From an uncultured Rhabdochlamydiaceae bacterium (GTDB taxonomy: Bacteria; Chlamydiota; Chlamydiia; Chlamydiales; Rhabdochlamydiaceae), in NCBI GenBank assembly GCA_963712275.1, contig CAVQHD010000001.1, positions 1,408,001-1,472,000 on the forward strand: a DNA stretch of 64,000 bases, given 5' to 3'. Within the stretch, counting starts at the first letter, position 1, and every line of letters begins with the position of its first letter. Made by a program: the position numbers and the translations under genes. This document shows positions 60,356-64,000 of this stretch, piece after piece. The notes below the pieces were generated by a model that saw only the letters and a program-made list of their open reading frames with translations, was not told where the DNA came from and did no database searches.

Positions 60356-61715
60356 TCGGTTCCCTATAAACATCTCGGTAAGGAAGCTGTTCTTCTCCCT
60401 GATCGGGACCATTTTTAATTTTTTTATCGAGAAGCATTAAAAATAAAACGAAAAAGAGTAGGTACATCACGACAAACATGATCAGCGATCCCAAGACCTG
60501 CCCTGCGGAAATCACGGGAGAAAAGGCATCTTGCGTCTTGAGAAGCTTATAAACCGTCCACGGCTGGCGCCCCATGCAGGAGCTAAACCAGCCTGCAATA
60601 TTGGCAATTTGAGGAAATATTGCAGAAAGAACGATATATTTTAAAAAAAGAGGACGCATGGTCCACTGTTTTTTCCACCAGTAATAGCCGCCAATGGCTG
60701 CCGCAAGGGTCATAGCGCCCCACATGATAATCATCAGGTGGTAGACCTGAAAAACAGCTGGAACATACGACCACTGGTCTTTGGGGAACTGATCGAGGCC
60801 AGGCACAGGGGTTTCAAAGTTTCGGTAAGTCATGAAACTGAGCAATCCCGGAAGCGGCAGGCCATACACTTTTTGATTTTTAGAATCGACCCAGCCAAGG
60901 GCATAAGCTGGTGTATAAGGCTCTGTTTTATAGACCCCTTCAAAAGCTGCAAATTTCTCAGGATTATAGCGGGAGACTTTGCGAGCAAGATTGTCTGCAG
61001 AGACAAGTTGGAGAGCTGAGGTGATCATCGCCATCACGAGTCCTACTTTCATACTTTTAATGGCAAATTCCAGGTGCCTATTTTTAAGAAGGTAGTAGGC
61101 TGCTACGCTCATCATTAAAAAAGCTCCTGCCATCCAGGCTCCTAAGAGAACGTGGGTAATATGGCTCATATTCGAAGGGCTAAAAAAGACCTTAGACCAT
61201 TGAACGACTTGAGCGACTTGGGTTCCATCTGGGAGGGTGGTGAGCCGATATCCTGAGGGGGTATGCATCCACGAATTAAAGCTGACGATCCAAATAGCGC
61301 TAAAGTGAGCTCCCAGCGAGACGAAGATGGTGGCGAGGAAGTGGACTTTCGAGCTGACTTTATTCCACCCAAACAAAAGAATGCCTAAAAAACCGGCCTC
61401 GATCAAGAAGGCAAACATCCCTTCAGCCCCGATAATGCTCCCGGAGACATCGCTGACAAAGCGAGAATATCTTGCCCAATTGGTTCCAAGTGAAAACATC
61501 AAAGGAATGCCGGTTGCAACCCCTAAAGCGAAGGTCATCGAGAAGACTTTCAGCCAAAATTTGGTCAATTTTTCCCAAAGGAGATTTTTTGTCTTCAGGT
61601 AGATTCCTTCCATGAGGATGAGTGCAAGGGAAAGGCCAATGCTAAGCGGGGGATAGATGTAGTGAAATGTCAGCGTGAAAGCAAATTGAATCCGTGAGAG
61701 CATTTCAACATCCAT
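60348..61715 (-). CDS. cydA: Cytochrome bd oxidase subunit I
   Basis: RIQFAFT..FH, GVATG, NSWMHTP, GRQPW. Confidence 0.95.
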   Translation of the reverse strand: MDVEMLSRIQFAFTLTFHYIYPPLSIGLSLALILMEGIYLKTKNLLWEKLTKFWLKVFSMTFALGVATGIPLMFSLGTNWARYSRFVSDVSGSIIGAEGMFAFLIEAGFLGILLFGWNKVSSKVHFLATIFVSLGAHFSAIWIVSFNSWMHTPSGYRLTTLPDGTQVAQVVQWSKVFFSPSNMSHITHVLLGAWMAGAFLMMSVAAYYLLKNRHLEFAIKSMKVGLVMAMITSALQLVSADNLARKVSRYNPEKFAAFEGVYKTEPYTPAYALGWVDSKNQKVYGLPLPGLLSFMTYRNFETPVPGLDQFPKDQWSYVPAVFQVYHLMIIMWGAMTLAAAIGGYYWWKKQWTMRPLFLKYIVLSAIFPQIANIAGWFSSCMGRQPWTVYKLLKTQDAFSPVISAGQVLGSLIMFVVMYLLFFVLFLMLLDKKIKNGPDQGEEQLPYRDVYREPNV

Positions 61716-61734
61716 GCTCACTAACTCTACAGAA

Positions 61735-62484
61735 CTAAAGTTTTTTGTTCAATTCCGCAAGTTTGAGATACTTGTAGTACGTGGTCTGAGCGTTATAGAG
61801 CGAAAGGATGATTCCTTCGCGTCCTCCAAAAATCCCTCGCTTGAGAAAGTAGTTTTTGAAGAAAGCCACCGCAGAATGAAAAAGCGCGCGCGCAAGGGAC
61901 GCCCGTTTTTTTCCTTGATGCTGAAGAGCAAAAAGAGATGAATAGGCGTGCATTTTCTCTAAGAAATCGGCAATCGATCGGTAGGGGACGTGTTTGAGGG
62001 TGTTACGCAAGCAGACCGTACGTAGCCCCTCCGACATCACTTTTTCATGCACAGCATCATTTGAGAACTGAGTCCTCTTCCGATGATACAGGCGGACGAC
62101 CCAGTCTGGATGCCATCCGGCACAGAAGTTGATTTTCCTTCCGTTAAAGTAATTATCCCGCAAGATTGCATAGACACACTGGCTATCTAAGTCAATGGCG
62201 TGGAGTTCTTCGATGAGGGCGAGAGAAAGGACCTCATCGCTGTCGATCGATAGGATCCAATCATAAGAAGCAAGGGCCGCTGCATAGTTATGACTTTCTC
62301 CAAAGCCTTTCAGAGGAGCTTTATGAACCACAACATTATCAAATTGAGCGGCAAGGGCTAGCGTCTCGTCTACCGACCCCGTATCGAGCACGATCACCTC
62401 TGGGAAGGTCTTCAATGAGGTTAGTGTCGCAGCAAGGGTTGCTGCCGAGTTTTTCGTTAAAACATGGACAGAGATCGGTGCCAT
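61735..62484 (-). CDS. GT2 glycosyltransferase (WaaE/KdtX-like LPS glucosyltransferase)
   Basis: DTGSVDET, WILSIDSDE, VHE, YFLKRG..G..G, YYKY. Confidence 0.85.
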   Translation of the reverse strand: MAPISVHVLTKNSAATLAATLTSLKTFPEVIVLDTGSVDETLALAAQFDNVVVHKAPLKGFGESHNYAAALASYDWILSIDSDEVLSLALIEELHAIDLDSQCVYAILRDNYFNGRKINFCAGWHPDWVVRLYHRKRTQFSNDAVHEKVMSEGLRTVCLRNTLKHVPYRSIADFLEKMHAYSSLFALQHQGKKRASLARALFHSAVAFFKNYFLKRGIFGGREGIILSLYNAQTTYYKYLKLAELNKKL

Positions 62485-62521
62485 ACCAGGCAGTTTACCT
62501 CATTCACTGGATTAAGAAAAG

Positions 62522-62689
62522 TTTGAAACCTCTGTTGATTCAGACTTATTTCCATTTTTTCACTACGGAGACACGGAGAGAGGTGAGATGGCACAGAGTA
62601 AAAAAATCTTTACTCTGTGCCATCTCACCTCTCTCCGTGTCTCCGTAGTGAAAAAATGGAAATAAACACGAGTGAGCAAAAGTTTCAAA
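62522..62689. mobile_element. Family C hairpin element, second (diverged) copy
   Basis: CACTACGGAGACACGGAGAGAGGTGAGATGGCACAGAGTAAA and its exact reverse complement; outer TTTGAAAC/GTTTCAAA. Confidence 0.85.
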
Positions 62690-62770
62690 TATTTGTCCTA
62701 GTTTCCTATGCTCTAGACATAGAAGACTTCTTTATTCAAACTCTGGGTCTGCGTATAATATGATCGTAAG

Positions 62771-64000
62771 ATGTCATGGAAATCGTTTAAAGAAGAGGCA
62801 GAGAGGCTGACGGGAGGCCAAAAGCTTTTCATCCTTTGCGCCATGGTCTGTGGCTTTTGCATCACAGCTGACTATGGGATCGTCCGTCCTGTCAGCCATA
62901 GTGTTTTTCTTTCGAGATATGGCAGTCAATTTTTTCCTTACGTATGGCTTGCAATTGTTCCGTTTAATTTTTTGGTTATTGAGTTCTACAACCGATTTTT
63001 ACCTAAAATCGGAATTAAAAAAATGTTTTATGTTATTTTAGGGTCGATTATAACGGGTAACTGCTGCGCCGCTTTCTTCATGGATAAAGTCCCTTTTTTC
63101 CCTTTCATTTTTTATATTTGGAAGGAGATCTATGTGATGCTTCTATTTCAACAGCTTTGGTCAGTGGTTCACTCCACAATTCGAATGGAACAGGCAAAAC
63201 TTCTCTATGGTCTTTTATTTGCTTTTGGGGGAATCGGCGGAATTGTTGGGAGTATCCTTCCAGGTTATTTTGCTGTTCAGGTAGGCTCGACGAACCTCCT
63301 TGTGGGAAGCCTTCCTTTACTTTTTATTTTAGGCGTGAGTTTTTATTTTCTTTTAAAACAGAGCCTACTTGAAAAAGCCTCTTTAGAAAAGCCTCAGATC
63401 ACGAATTTTTGGCAAGGGGTCGTAGCGATTCGAAATTCAAAGTACCTCCTCTTCATTCTTGCCATTGTCGTTCTCATGCAAATGACGACAACAATTATTT
63501 ATTATCAGTTTAATATCTCCTTAGAGCACTCGATCCTAGAACAAGATCTTCGGACCCAATTTTGCGGTCGTGTTCTTGGAATTGCCAATATTTTAACGGT
63601 GGTGCTCCAGCTCTTTGGCTCATTTCTCTTTGTGCAGTTTTTGGGTCTAAAACGGAGCCACCTTGCAATGCCGCTTATGCTAGCGATGAATGCACTCGGG
63701 TCTTTGGTGTTTCCCAGTTTTACAATGATTTCAGCGGCCTTCATTACGATTAAGGCCTTTGATTTTTCTCTTTTTGGGGTGCTAAAAGAGATGCTTTATA
63801 TCCCTTTGAAGCGAGAAGAAAAATTTCAAGCCAAAGCAATCATTGATGTTTTTGCCTACCGCAGCTCAAAGGCGGTTGCCTCATGCTTGATCTTAGTCCT
63901 GCAAATAGCAGGCTTCTCTCAGATGGTGACGACCCTCTCTTGGAGCAGCCTTATCCTTCTAATCACCTGGTCTTGGATTGTGTATCAAATGTTCCAGCTC
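62771..64000 (+). CDS. NTT/Npt (TLC-like) nucleotide transporter family protein, 3' end outside the window
   Basis: MSWKSF..DYGIVRPVS start, and in the same frame KEMLYIPL..EKFQAKAIIDVFAYR; multiple TM segments. Absent from the ORF track, presumably because no stop is reached. Confidence 0.8.
   Translation, partial: MSWKSFKEEAERLTGGQKLFILCAMVCGFCITADYGIVRPVSHSVFLSRYGSQFFPYVWLAIVPFNFLVIEFYNRFLPKIGIKKMFYVILGSIITGNCCAAFFMDKVPFFPFIFYIWKEIYVMLLFQQLWSVVHSTIRMEQAKLLYGLLFAFGGIGGIVGSILPGYFAVQVGSTNLLVGSLPLLFILGVSFYFLLKQSLLEKASLEKPQITNFWQGVVAIRNSKYLLFILAIVVLMQMTTTIIYYQFNISLEHSILEQDLRTQFCGRVLGIANILTVVLQLFGSFLFVQFLGLKRSHLAMPLMLAMNALGSLVFPSFTMISAAFITIKAFDFSLFGVLKEMLYIPLKREEKFQAKAIIDVFAYRSSKAVASCLILVLQIAGFSQMVTTLSWSSLILLITWSWIVYQMFQL

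Noticed and set aside
62850..63753. Several short ORFs at the window end
   Set aside because: They overlap the NTT-family CDS starting at 62771 that runs off the window.

Overview
A 64-kb chromosomal segment from an environmental member of the phylum Chlamydiota. This is inferred from chlamydial gene order (holA-rsmI-like ... hemW-CT053-like-sucA-sucB; recF-dnaN-smpB; leuS-waaA), a chlamydial/plastid-type FabI and an NTT/Npt-type nucleotide transporter. The backbone is housekeeping (sucAB-lpdA, pgi, adk, upp, trmB, cydAB, exbBD, four tRNAs). It is interspersed with AT-rich effector-like genes: a nucleotidyltransferase-TPR protein, a tandem paralog pair, a 951-aa coiled-coil protein, a Fic protein and an inverse autotransporter. 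The most striking signal is a set of non-autonomous ~165-175-bp palindromic elements in at least three families, with no transposase in the window. Family A (GAGGGAGTTGCAAAACTC ends) is inserted in frame in two unrelated genes, adding the same ~56-aa peptide as Rickettsia palindromic elements do. It also occurs as a 309-bp composite and as several collapsed scars. Family B rewrites the holA/rsmI junction. Family C, upstream of leuS, has mirror-symmetric flanking duplications that break at the same AG/CT dinucleotide and copy the first 15 leuS codons. Separately, the Ser/Thr/Pro linker of the first protein consists of two of its own 126-bp TPR repeats read out of frame. All family assignments come from motif recognition by eye; no database searches were run.
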